Positions 54,731 through 64,000 of a stretch of 64,000 nucleotides of DNA are shown one piece after another. Source of the stretch: an uncultured Caldithrix sp. (GTDB lineage: Bacteria; Electryoneota; AABM5-125-24; Hatepunaeales; Hatepunaeaceae); assembly GCA_964355675.1 (NCBI GenBank), contig CAYHEC010000017.1:4310-68309 (forward strand), given 5' to 3'. The stretch's first letter is position 1. Each line of letters opens with the position of its first letter. The notes under the pieces were generated by a model, which did no database searches, was not told the DNA's origin, and saw nothing but the letters and a program-made list of their open reading frames with translations. A program made the translations under genes and the position numbers.

Positions 54731-56268
54731 GTAGCCGTGAGACCATACTGATCCTTGATTTTGGATCACAATATACCCAACTCATTGCCAGGCGCTGTCG
54801 GGAAGAAGGGGTCTTCAGTCGTATCGAGTCGTGGGATTGGGCGCTTGAAGAGATCAAGAACCTGAAGCCTGTAGGGATAATCCTTTCGGGAGGCCCCAAC
54901 AGTGTCTATGAAGAAGGATCGCCGGTCAGGTGGGATGATCTTATCGGGCTCGGCATCCCGATTCTCGGTATCTGCTATGGCCTGCAGGTGATGATGTTGC
55001 GGGAAGGAGGGGTCATCGAAGCGGCTCACAAGCGGGAATATGGTCGCGCCCGAATCACCATACATTCTCAATCACGTTTGTTTCAGGGCGTCGAAGCGCT
55101 TCAACCGGTCTGGATGAGTCATGGCGATCATACCACAAAACTTGCCGACGGTTGGGTTCAGCTCGCCACCAGCGATTCCGGGATTATTGCCGCGGTCGAA
55201 GACGCCAAAAGGAACTTCTATGGAGTTCAATTCCACCCTGAGGTCAGCCACACTCCTGCGGGTGATAAAATTCTCCGCAACTTTCTCTACGATATCTGTC
55301 AAGCCAAAGGCGGATGGAGTATGCGCTCCTACAGTGATGAGGCAACCGACCAGATCGCTCGCAGTATCGGTTCCAATGGCGTTATTTGCGCCTTATCCGG
55401 AGGAGTTGATTCTTCGGTAGCCGCAACTCTGGTGCATAAGGTCGCCGGAGATCGCTTGCGCTGTGTTTTTGTCAATAACGGCGTTCTACGCAAGAATGAA
55501 GCCGCTGAAGTGGAGTCGATTTTCAAGCCCCGTTTCAACGACTCATTGATCACGATTGACGCCTCCGACGACTTTTTCGCCGATCTTGCTGGAATAACTG
55601 ATCCTGAGCTGAAACGGAAGACGATCGGCGGAAGATTCATCCAGGTGTTTGAGAAAGAGGCAAAACAATTTGCAGATGCTAAATTCCTCGTTCAAGGCAC
55701 TATTTACCCCGACGTAGTTGAATCTTCCTCTTCAAAAGGTCCGGCAAAAATCATAAAAACTCATCATAATGTTGGGGGTCTGCCTGAGAAGCTGGGGTTG
55801 AAACTGGTCGAGCCGTTGCGTGACCTTTTCAAGGATGAGGTGCGCCAGCTTGGGCGCGAATTGGGCTTGCCAGAGTCTATGCTGATGCGGCATCCTTTCC
55901 CGGGGCCCGGGCTTGCCGTGCGTATTCTTGGCGAGGTTACTCGCGAGTCAGTTCACATACTACAACAGGCAGACGCAATTTTTATCGAAGAGCTTCGAGA
56001 AGCGGACTGGTATTCAAAGGTTTCGCAGGCATTCGCTGTACTTTTACCGATCAAGGCGGTCGGGGTAATGGGCGATAATCGAACCTACGAACAGGTCATT
56101 GCGCTCAGATCCGTCGATACTCGCGATTTCATGACCGCAGACTTCTCGCCTTTGCCACACGAACTTCTTGCCAGAGTAGCTTCGCGGATTGCCAACACGG
56201 TGCGGGGCGTCAACCGCGTCGTCTATGACGTGACGTCGAAACCGCCCGCCACGGTGGAGTGGGAGTAA
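54718..56268 (+). CDS. guaA: GMP synthase (glutamine-hydrolysing)
   Basis: GATase ILILDFGSQYTQLIARR, PP-loop SGGVDSSV, C-terminal dimerisation domain. Confidence 0.9.
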   Translation: MEPLSSRETILILDFGSQYTQLIARRCREEGVFSRIESWDWALEEIKNLKPVGIILSGGPNSVYEEGSPVRWDDLIGLGIPILGICYGLQVMMLREGGVIEAAHKREYGRARITIHSQSRLFQGVEALQPVWMSHGDHTTKLADGWVQLATSDSGIIAAVEDAKRNFYGVQFHPEVSHTPAGDKILRNFLYDICQAKGGWSMRSYSDEATDQIARSIGSNGVICALSGGVDSSVAATLVHKVAGDRLRCVFVNNGVLRKNEAAEVESIFKPRFNDSLITIDASDDFFADLAGITDPELKRKTIGGRFIQVFEKEAKQFADAKFLVQGTIYPDVVESSSSKGPAKIIKTHHNVGGLPEKLGLKLVEPLRDLFKDEVRQLGRELGLPESMLMRHPFPGPGLAVRILGEVTRESVHILQQADAIFIEELREADWYSKVSQAFAVLLPIKAVGVMGDNRTYEQVIALRSVDTRDFMTADFSPLPHELLARVASRIANTVRGVNRVVYDVTSKPPATVEWE

Positions 56269-56289
56269 TTTTGAAAAGAGGCAAAGGTT

Positions 56290-56406
56290 TTCAGCAGGGT
56301 GAGGACACCCTGCCGCATCACGAAAGACAACCTGTTGCAGGGTGTCTTCACCATGCAAAAATTCCAATCAATCGACTGGTTGCAGGGTGTCTTCACCCTG
56401 CAACAG
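56290..56406. repeat. Array of three related palindromes (GCAGGGTG-N-CACCCTGC)
   Basis: cagggtgaggacaccctg; ttgcagggtgtcttcaccatgcaa; ttgcagggtgtcttcaccctgcaa. Confidence 0.75.
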
Positions 56407-56420
56407 TTGCAATTCTAATT

Positions 56421-58172
56421 GTGATTCTTTCAGCTAGTTCTCTCACTGTTTTTGCCGCCAAACCCGATCCAGAACGAGAAGCCGCATTCGATTTGGTAGT
56501 CAAATCCTATGAAGCCAAAAACTGGGAAGAGACGACATTATTGATCGACCGGTTTCTGAACAAATACCCTCACTCAGATCACGAAGCAAGTCTTTTAATG
56601 TTGTCTGCTGAAAGTAATGTCAAGTTGCGTAAGTTAGAGAAAGCAGACGCGCTGGCTTCTCAAGTTATTCTTCAGTTTCCTGAAATGAAACATATCGGTC
56701 GGGCAAGACTGACTCTTGGCGAGAGCGCGCTTTTGGCAGGTGATTGGGAAAAGGGAGAACTCAATCTTTCTTGGGTAGTAAGTTTCAGCGATGACCAGAG
56801 CGCTATCGCCGTCGCTCGTGAACGATTGGGCGAACTTCATGCTTTCCTGAAGATGCAAGAGAAAGCCAGTCAACCATTCGGTGTGGCGGACAGCTGTCCC
56901 CCTAACCTGAAGGTAGCGCTAATTTTGCCGATGACAGGCGCGTTGGCGAACGATGCACAGAATTTTTTAACCGGATTTCGCTCTTGTTGGAATACATCAT
57001 CGCTTCCTGATCCACTTCTATTTGATAGCGAAAATAATTCGGTAAAAGCGGTCAGACTTTTTGGCGAAGTCGCGCGTGAGTACCATCCTTGGGTAGTAGT
57101 GGGGGGATTTTCTGTTTCTGATGCTACCGGACTCGCGGCATACTCGCAATCTATCCGGGTACCGTTCCTGACAACAACCTGCGGCGATGACGGGCTGGCA
57201 TCGGTAAGTTCATTTGCCATACAAGGTCGAGCGGATTATGGCGGCTTGGGAGCGGCGCTGGGGAGATTTGCAGCATTGAATATGGGACTGCATAACCTTG
57301 CCATATTCTACGTCGATAATATTAGCGGTCGTCGGATGGCAGTAGAGTTTCGTGAGCAAGCTGAATTGAATGGAAGCAAGATTCAGGCGGAAGTTGCGTT
57401 TTATCCGGGCACGATTGACTATTCGAAGAATCTTCTTCAGCTTAAAAGCTCTTTTCTTCGACAAAATTTTGATGATTCTTTAAATGCCGAATATACAACT
57501 TACGGACGACTCTTCTTGAGTGACGCAATTTATGTTCCGCAAGGGAAGGATGTTAATCGTCAGGAAATTCCATCGAATGACGATGGTGCAATGGCAGGAG
57601 GCGTCAGTCTATCCAGTAAATTCCTTGATTCTCTTTGGTTTTCTGATCATCGGACGCGCCGCTGGACAAATGAGAGCTCGCAAGATATTGACTCAGCGGC
57701 GATTGAGCTACCAAACCTTGATGGGATTTTCGTGGTTATCGAGCCGGGGACAATCGAAATGATTGCGCCACAGCTTACCCGTTACAGGCTTAACCATCAG
57801 TTATTTGGCAACGAATGTTGGGATGATCGTGATGCTCTTAGGAAAGTTCAATCTTACATCAATGGCATCGTATTTGTCAATCCTCTTGCCTCGGCGAACG
57901 ATTCCGCGCTTTTGACTATGACTTCGATTGCCATATCTCAAGGTGAGAAAAGTGCCAGCCGGTACCACTTTGCAGGCGAGCGCGCCGCAAGGATCGTGGA
58001 GGAGGCTGTAAAACGATCAAAATCTCCTGAGGGATTTCGTGATGCTATCACCACGTTGAATGCGATTCCTACTATGTCGGGCAAGGTGACATTTGTGAAG
58101 GAAGAGAGAGTTGCGCGCTCTCAATCGCTTATATTATTTAAAGATGGCAGTTTCATCACGGTCGGAGAGTGA
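56421..58172 (+). CDS. Periplasmic substrate-binding protein (type I PBP / Leu-Ile-Val-binding-like) with N-terminal TPR-like region
   Basis: VALILPMTGALANDAQNFLTGF typical of Peripla_BP_6; start ambiguous (GTG 56421 versus ATG 56259, which would read through the palindrome array). Confidence 0.55.
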   Translation: MILSASSLTVFAAKPDPEREAAFDLVVKSYEAKNWEETTLLIDRFLNKYPHSDHEASLLMLSAESNVKLRKLEKADALASQVILQFPEMKHIGRARLTLGESALLAGDWEKGELNLSWVVSFSDDQSAIAVARERLGELHAFLKMQEKASQPFGVADSCPPNLKVALILPMTGALANDAQNFLTGFRSCWNTSSLPDPLLFDSENNSVKAVRLFGEVAREYHPWVVVGGFSVSDATGLAAYSQSIRVPFLTTTCGDDGLASVSSFAIQGRADYGGLGAALGRFAALNMGLHNLAIFYVDNISGRRMAVEFREQAELNGSKIQAEVAFYPGTIDYSKNLLQLKSSFLRQNFDDSLNAEYTTYGRLFLSDAIYVPQGKDVNRQEIPSNDDGAMAGGVSLSSKFLDSLWFSDHRTRRWTNESSQDIDSAAIELPNLDGIFVVIEPGTIEMIAPQLTRYRLNHQLFGNECWDDRDALRKVQSYINGIVFVNPLASANDSALLTMTSIAISQGEKSASRYHFAGERAARIVEEAVKRSKSPEGFRDAITTLNAIPTMSGKVTFVKEERVARSQSLILFKDGSFITVGE

Positions 58173-58249
58173 TTTCCTTTGCAATCGCATCTGATACCGA
58201 ATCGTTGCATGAGCCTATAATATGAGTCTGTTGAAAAAGTCCATGCGAG

Positions 58250-58316
58250 GCCAAGCGGACGCCCTCGTCCGCTCTTTCACTGTGCTTGATATAACGGCGG
58301 ACGAGGGCGTCCGCCT
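58250..58316. repeat. Double-hairpin element family B
   Basis: agcggacgccctcgtccgct ... ggcggacgagggcgtccgcc. Confidence 0.75.
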
Positions 58317-58358
58317 GGACATTTTCGCATATTATTTGACTTTTTCAACAGACTCAAT

Positions 58359-59187
58359 ATGACAATTCTCCAGAGCGTTACACTGGGCATCGTCCAAGGT
58401 TTGACAGAGTTTCTGCCAATCAGCAGTACCGCTCATCTGCGAATTATGCCTGCCCTTTTCGGCTGGGACGATCCGGGCGCCGCATTTACTGCTGTGATCC
58501 AGCTCGGAACGCTTGTCGCAGTGTTACTTTACTTCTGGAGAGACATCGTTAGAATTTGCCTGAGCGTTGGTAAATGCCTTGTTTCTGGAAATCCTCTAAA
58601 GGAATTCGATGCCCGTCTGGGCTGGATGATAGCAGTCGGAACTGTGCCAATCGTAATTTTTGGCATAATGTTTAAGGATTTAATCTCAACCTCACTTCGT
58701 TCGCTGTACGTCATATCCGGTTCGATGATACTGTTGGCATTACTTCTTAATATTGCCGAGCTTGTGATGAAGAATCGACTGCGCAAGGGTGTTCCACTCA
58801 AAACGATGGAAGGCCTGTCCTGGTGGGATGCTATTTTGATCGGACTGGCGCAGGCGGTTGCATTAATACCTGGATCTTCAAGGTCTGGGACGACGATCAC
58901 CGGTGGGCTTTTTTTAGGAATGGATCGCGAGACAGCCGCTCGTTTTTCCTTTTTGCTCTCTTTGCCTTCAGTCTTTGCCGCAGGAATATATGAAATTATT
59001 AAAGAGCACGAGGCTTTGCTGTCGATGCAGATAGGATTGCCGAGTATTATTGTTGCGTCGCTGGTGTCCGGAATTGTTGGATATGCTTCAATTTCCTTTC
59101 TACTTAGCTATTTAAAAAAGCATTCTACTTATTTGTTTATAATTTACCGGATTGTTGCCGGGATCGTTTTACTCATTTTGTTGACTA

Positions 59188-59210
<23 letters not shown>
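58359..59210 (+). CDS. uppP: Undecaprenyl-diphosphate phosphatase
   Basis: GIVQGLTEFLPISSTAHL and 8-TM topology. Confidence 0.85.
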
Positions 59211-60336
<1,126 letters not shown>

Positions 60337-61756
60337 AAATGGGGAAGAGCCTGCTTTGGTTGGGAGCTTTTGCGATGGTCGTCGATGGAATTGCTCTTTT
60401 CGGTGGGACGATCATTGCCTATTACCTTCGATTCAACTCCCCGGTCACCGAGATAATTCCTATAGTAACAGCTCTTCCACCGTTTGGGTGGTATTTTCGA
60501 CTGGCCATAATATTTACTATATTAACTTTGATCCTCTTGACTTCGGCAGGGTTCTATCGGTTTCCTCGCGCGGAAAGTAACTTGGATGATCTGTTTGGGG
60601 TGGGGAAGAGATTTTTTGTCTCGTTTACGTTGTTACTTGCCGGGCTTTTCTTTTACCGCGGAGCCTCCTTTTCTCGATTAACAATGACGACACTGTTCTT
60701 GATCAGCGGTCTTGGCCTTATTCTATCAAGACTTTTAGGAAGATCGATTCGGGTTCGTCTTTATCAAAGCGGAAAGGTCTGCCGCCGGGCCGCGCTGGTG
60801 GGAACTGGAGGGCAGGTTGAAGGAATGATTCACCGGATCAAAACGCATCCCGAATATGGTTTGAAGATCACCGGTTTTATTGGTTCCAGACCAAATTCTG
60901 ATGGAAGCCACCAAATTGAGTTGCCAGATCTTGGATCATTGGAAAATGCTGGGCGTATAATAAATGATCACTCTCTCGACGTCCTTGTCATATCCAGTTC
61001 TGCGCAAGGTATAGACCCTCTACCGATCCTTGCTCGAGCATGTTACGGAGTAAATGTAGAATTTCTTTATCTTCCCGATCTTGAAGGAGATCGACCACTT
61101 CCCAGGCGGGTGGTCGATATTGGCGGCGTACCTCTCTGGTTACTTCGAGACGTTCCTTTCACCGGCTGGGAAGGGATGGTGAAAAGAACCTTCGACATTA
61201 TATTCTCAGGTGGGATGTTAGTAGTAATTTCTCCTGTCATGTTACTACTTGCTCTGATTGTCAAAATGAACAGCCACGGCCCAATATTTTACCGGCAAAG
61301 GCGGGTTGGTCTGGATGGAGCTGTTTTTGAATGCATTAAATTCCGTTCGATGCGCCTCGACGCCGAAAGCGCATCAGGTCCAATTTGGGCAAGTGAAGGC
61401 GACTCGCGAGTTACGAGCGTCGGAAAATTTCTGCGTCGCTGGAGCCTTGATGAACTGCCCCAGCTCTGGAACATCATCAAGGGCGATATGAGCCTTGTTG
61501 GACCAAGGCCTGAGCGCCCGGAATTTGTGAAACAGTTTGCCGAACGGATCGAAGGCTATCACGAGCGCCACAGGGTTCGATCCGGATTAACCGGCTGGGC
61601 GCAAGTGAATGGTTTGCGAGGAAATGTTCCGATTGAGGAGAGAACTCAATATGACCGACATTATGTCGAGAATTGGTCCTTGGGACTTGATCTGAAAATT
61701 TTGATTATGACCTTCGTGGCTGTGATCAAAGGCGAAAATTCCTATTAGATTGATAT

Positions 61757-61786
61757 CTTGGCGGGCGGGTTAAAGCCCCCTCCATG
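61757..61786. repeat. Family A palindrome (variant)
   Basis: cttggcgggcgggttaaagccccctccatg. Confidence 0.6.
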
Positions 61787-61817
61787 AACACAATAAAATG
61801 AATAACTTGATACTACT

Positions 61818-62609
61818 ATGAGACCAATTATTTCCGGGAAGGGATGGATAAGCATCTACCGAATTCTTTCCATTATTTTGACCATTACTATCATTCCACT
61901 CAACACCTTCGCCGAATCGGCGACTAAACTTCCGTTCAAGGTTGGCGAAAGACTGAAATTCAAGATATATTTTGAATTTGTTCTCGGTGGCGAAGCGAGA
62001 ATGGAAGTCGAGGGAGTTGAGAAAATCGACGGACATGATTGTCTTAGGATAGTTTCAGAAGCGAAATCAACCCGGACTGTCGATAATTTTTATAAGGTTC
62101 GCGACAAGATATCGTCTTGGCGGGACATAAAAAGTGGATTCTCGAGACTATACACCAAAACGACTCGCGAGGGAAAATACAAAGACGATAAGAAAGTCGA
62201 GTATTTTCCTGAAAAAAATCGTCTTGTCCTGACTCGAAAAGCCGATGCGCTTCCGGAAACTCTTGAGCTTGATCAACCTGTTTACGACGTACTTGCGGCA
62301 TTCTACCAGGTAAGGCTTCTTAATCTGGAGGTTGGCAAGTCTGTCTTTATCGAAATGCACGACATCGACAAACGCTATCCTTTGGAGGTTAAGGTAATTG
62401 GTCTGGAACATGTTGAAGTCCCTGCCGGGAATTTCGACTGTGTCGTGATTGAACCGATGTTACAATCATCTGGTATTTTTCGAAAGGAAGGATCATTGCA
62501 GATCTGGCTGACGGATGATGAATATCACATGCCCGTTCTGATGAAAAGCAAGCTGTACTTCGGACGGGTTTGGGCGAAGCTGTCTGATTATAAAAGGGGC
62601 GGCGAATGA
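61818..62609 (+). CDS. Secreted hypothetical protein (possibly DUF3108-like)
   Basis: Signal peptide; beta-rich; weak resemblance only. Confidence 0.4.
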   Translation: MRPIISGKGWISIYRILSIILTITIIPLNTFAESATKLPFKVGERLKFKIYFEFVLGGEARMEVEGVEKIDGHDCLRIVSEAKSTRTVDNFYKVRDKISSWRDIKSGFSRLYTKTTREGKYKDDKKVEYFPEKNRLVLTRKADALPETLELDQPVYDVLAAFYQVRLLNLEVGKSVFIEMHDIDKRYPLEVKVIGLEHVEVPAGNFDCVVIEPMLQSSGIFRKEGSLQIWLTDDEYHMPVLMKSKLYFGRVWAKLSDYKRGGE

Positions 62610-62637
62610 GAGAGATTTCCTTCAGGCTGATGGCAAA

Positions 62638-63609
62638 ATGAACGAACGATTCATTGTCACGGGAGGAGCCGGTTTTATCGGAAGCAATCTTGTTAAAGCG
62701 TTGAATGAACGGGGTTGCGAGGAGATAATTGTCGTCGATCATCTAAATCATCCGAAGAAACAACAAAACCTCGATCAACTCCGATATGGCGATTACTTCG
62801 ATAAGACAGAATTCATGGCGATGATTTGCTCGAATAAGGTTTCACCTGTGAGCGGCGTCTTTCACATGGGGGCATGTAGTTCGACTACCGAAACGGATTC
62901 TTCATATCTTGACAAAAATAACTTTCTCTATACGAAGGAGTTATGTGATTGGGCTCTGAAAGCCGGAGCTCGCTTTGTTTATGCTTCAAGTGCCGCAACT
63001 TATGGTGATGGTTCGAGGGGATATAGCGATGACGATAATCTTACACCTTCGCTCGAACCTCTAAACCTCTATGGTAAATCGAAGCAGAAATTCGATCTGT
63101 GGGCGCTGGAAACCGGTGTAGTGCGTCAAATCGCCGGGTTGAAGTATTTCAATGTATATGGGCCGGGTGAAGATCATAAAGGTGAGATGCGTTCACTGGT
63201 AAACAAAGCCTATGCGCAAGTTATAAGCGAAGGTAAAATCAAACTTTTCAAATCCTATCGCCCCAATTTCGGTAATGGTGAACAGACGCGCGATTTTGTG
63301 TATGTCGATGACGCCGTCGCCGCAACTCTCTATTTCTACTACAATCCTGGTCGCTCAGGCATTTTCAACTGCGGAACTGGGAAGGCTCGGAGCTGGATCG
63401 ACCTTGCCAAGGCGCTCTTTGATGCAATGAGGAAGCCTACCCGGATAGAATTTATTGATATGCCAGAGTATATTCGAGAGAAATACCAATACCATACTCA
63501 AGCAGACACCTCAAAACTTCGCAACTGCGGATTCACTACCCCATTTCAATCGATTGAGGCTGGCGTCAGAAAATATGTTGTTGATTATCTGAGTCACCAA
63601 GATATTTAG
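62638..63609 (+). CDS. hldD: ADP-L-glycero-D-manno-heptose 6-epimerase
   Basis: FIVTGGAGFIGSNLVKALNERG...VVDHL...DYFDK, characteristic of HldD/RfaD. Confidence 0.8.
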   Translation: MNERFIVTGGAGFIGSNLVKALNERGCEEIIVVDHLNHPKKQQNLDQLRYGDYFDKTEFMAMICSNKVSPVSGVFHMGACSSTTETDSSYLDKNNFLYTKELCDWALKAGARFVYASSAATYGDGSRGYSDDDNLTPSLEPLNLYGKSKQKFDLWALETGVVRQIAGLKYFNVYGPGEDHKGEMRSLVNKAYAQVISEGKIKLFKSYRPNFGNGEQTRDFVYVDDAVAATLYFYYNPGRSGIFNCGTGKARSWIDLAKALFDAMRKPTRIEFIDMPEYIREKYQYHTQADTSKLRNCGFTTPFQSIEAGVRKYVVDYLSHQDI

Positions 63610-63614
63610 ATATG

Positions 63615-63646
63615 CTTGGAGGGCGGGATTAATCCCGCCCTCCATG
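63615..63646. repeat. Family A palindrome
   Basis: cttggagggcgggattaatcccgccctccatg. Confidence 0.8.
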
Positions 63647-63782
63647 TACCATAATCTTAGCATACGCCTAAAAATTCAGTGTTCATTAGTTATATTATTC
63701 ACTTATTCACTCCGCTTGCTTTTTTGCCTATTCATGGCTACGTTATTATAATGAGAGATATTCCAAAACGGATCAATTCCCA

Positions 63783-64000
63783 ATGAAGAGTCCCCGCATC
63801 CTTTCGGCGGTCATTATCGCCGCCTTTTCGATAATTATTCCATTGTTTTCACAAGCTGATGAAGTGAACTCGATGCCCGAGATCAAGGACTTTACCGGAG
63901 AATCCAATCCCGGGGTTATGACTCAGGTCGAGTTAAAGTGGAACCTGTCCGGAATTGCTCCCGAGCGAGCCCAACTCAAGCTCTATCGCATCGGAGTTGT
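63783..64000 (+). CDS. Secreted hypothetical protein (5' partial, runs off the window)
   Basis: Signal peptide MKSPRILSAVIIAAFSIIIPLFSQA. Confidence 0.4.
   Translation, partial: MKSPRILSAVIIAAFSIIIPLFSQADEVNSMPEIKDFTGESNPGVMTQVELKWNLSGIAPERAQLKLYRIGV

Overview
This 64 kb window is a bacterial chromosomal segment, probably from an FCB-superphylum or candidate-phylum organism. That guess rests on two secreted proteins carrying C-terminal type IX secretion sorting domains, a fused LpxC-FabZ, two sigma-54-dependent two-component systems and several multiheme c-type cytochromes. Housekeeping content: holB, an M23 peptidase, the rplM-rpsI-rpsB-tsf-pyrH-frr block, ferredoxin, rpsA, plsC, gcvPB, cmk, lpxC-fabZ, surE, guaA, uppP and an envelope-polysaccharide block (GT4, sugar phosphotransferase, hldD). 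Accessory content is interleaved: (i) an AT-rich two-gene cassette, an ABC/AAA_21-type ATPase plus a 178-aa unknown, that looks like an uncharacterised defence or abortive-infection pair; (ii) a small island beside a tRNA-like gene with a DUF2283-type small-gene pair and a HARE-HTH/PD-(D/E)xK nuclease; (iii) a respiratory module of an 8-heme membrane cytochrome, an NrfC-like FeS protein and an NrfD-like quinol dehydrogenase, convergent with an octaheme HAO-like cytochrome, behind a good sigma-54 promoter match; (iv) a tRNA-thiolation/queuosine cluster (MnmA/ThiI-like PP-loop, QueH, a degenerate NifS-like paralog, NifS) whose two NifS genes carry in-frame palindromic repeat insertions. The window also holds at least three families of conserved hairpin or palindromic intergenic elements: a GGAGGGCGG...CCGCCCTCC palindrome, including two ~100-240 bp nested composite versions; a double-hairpin GGCGGACGCCCTCGTCCGCC element; and a GTCAACC...GGTTGAC terminator-hairpin family. 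Several six-frame ORFs are artefacts of reading through these repeats. All protein calls come from recognisable motifs in the supplied translations; none were checked against databases.
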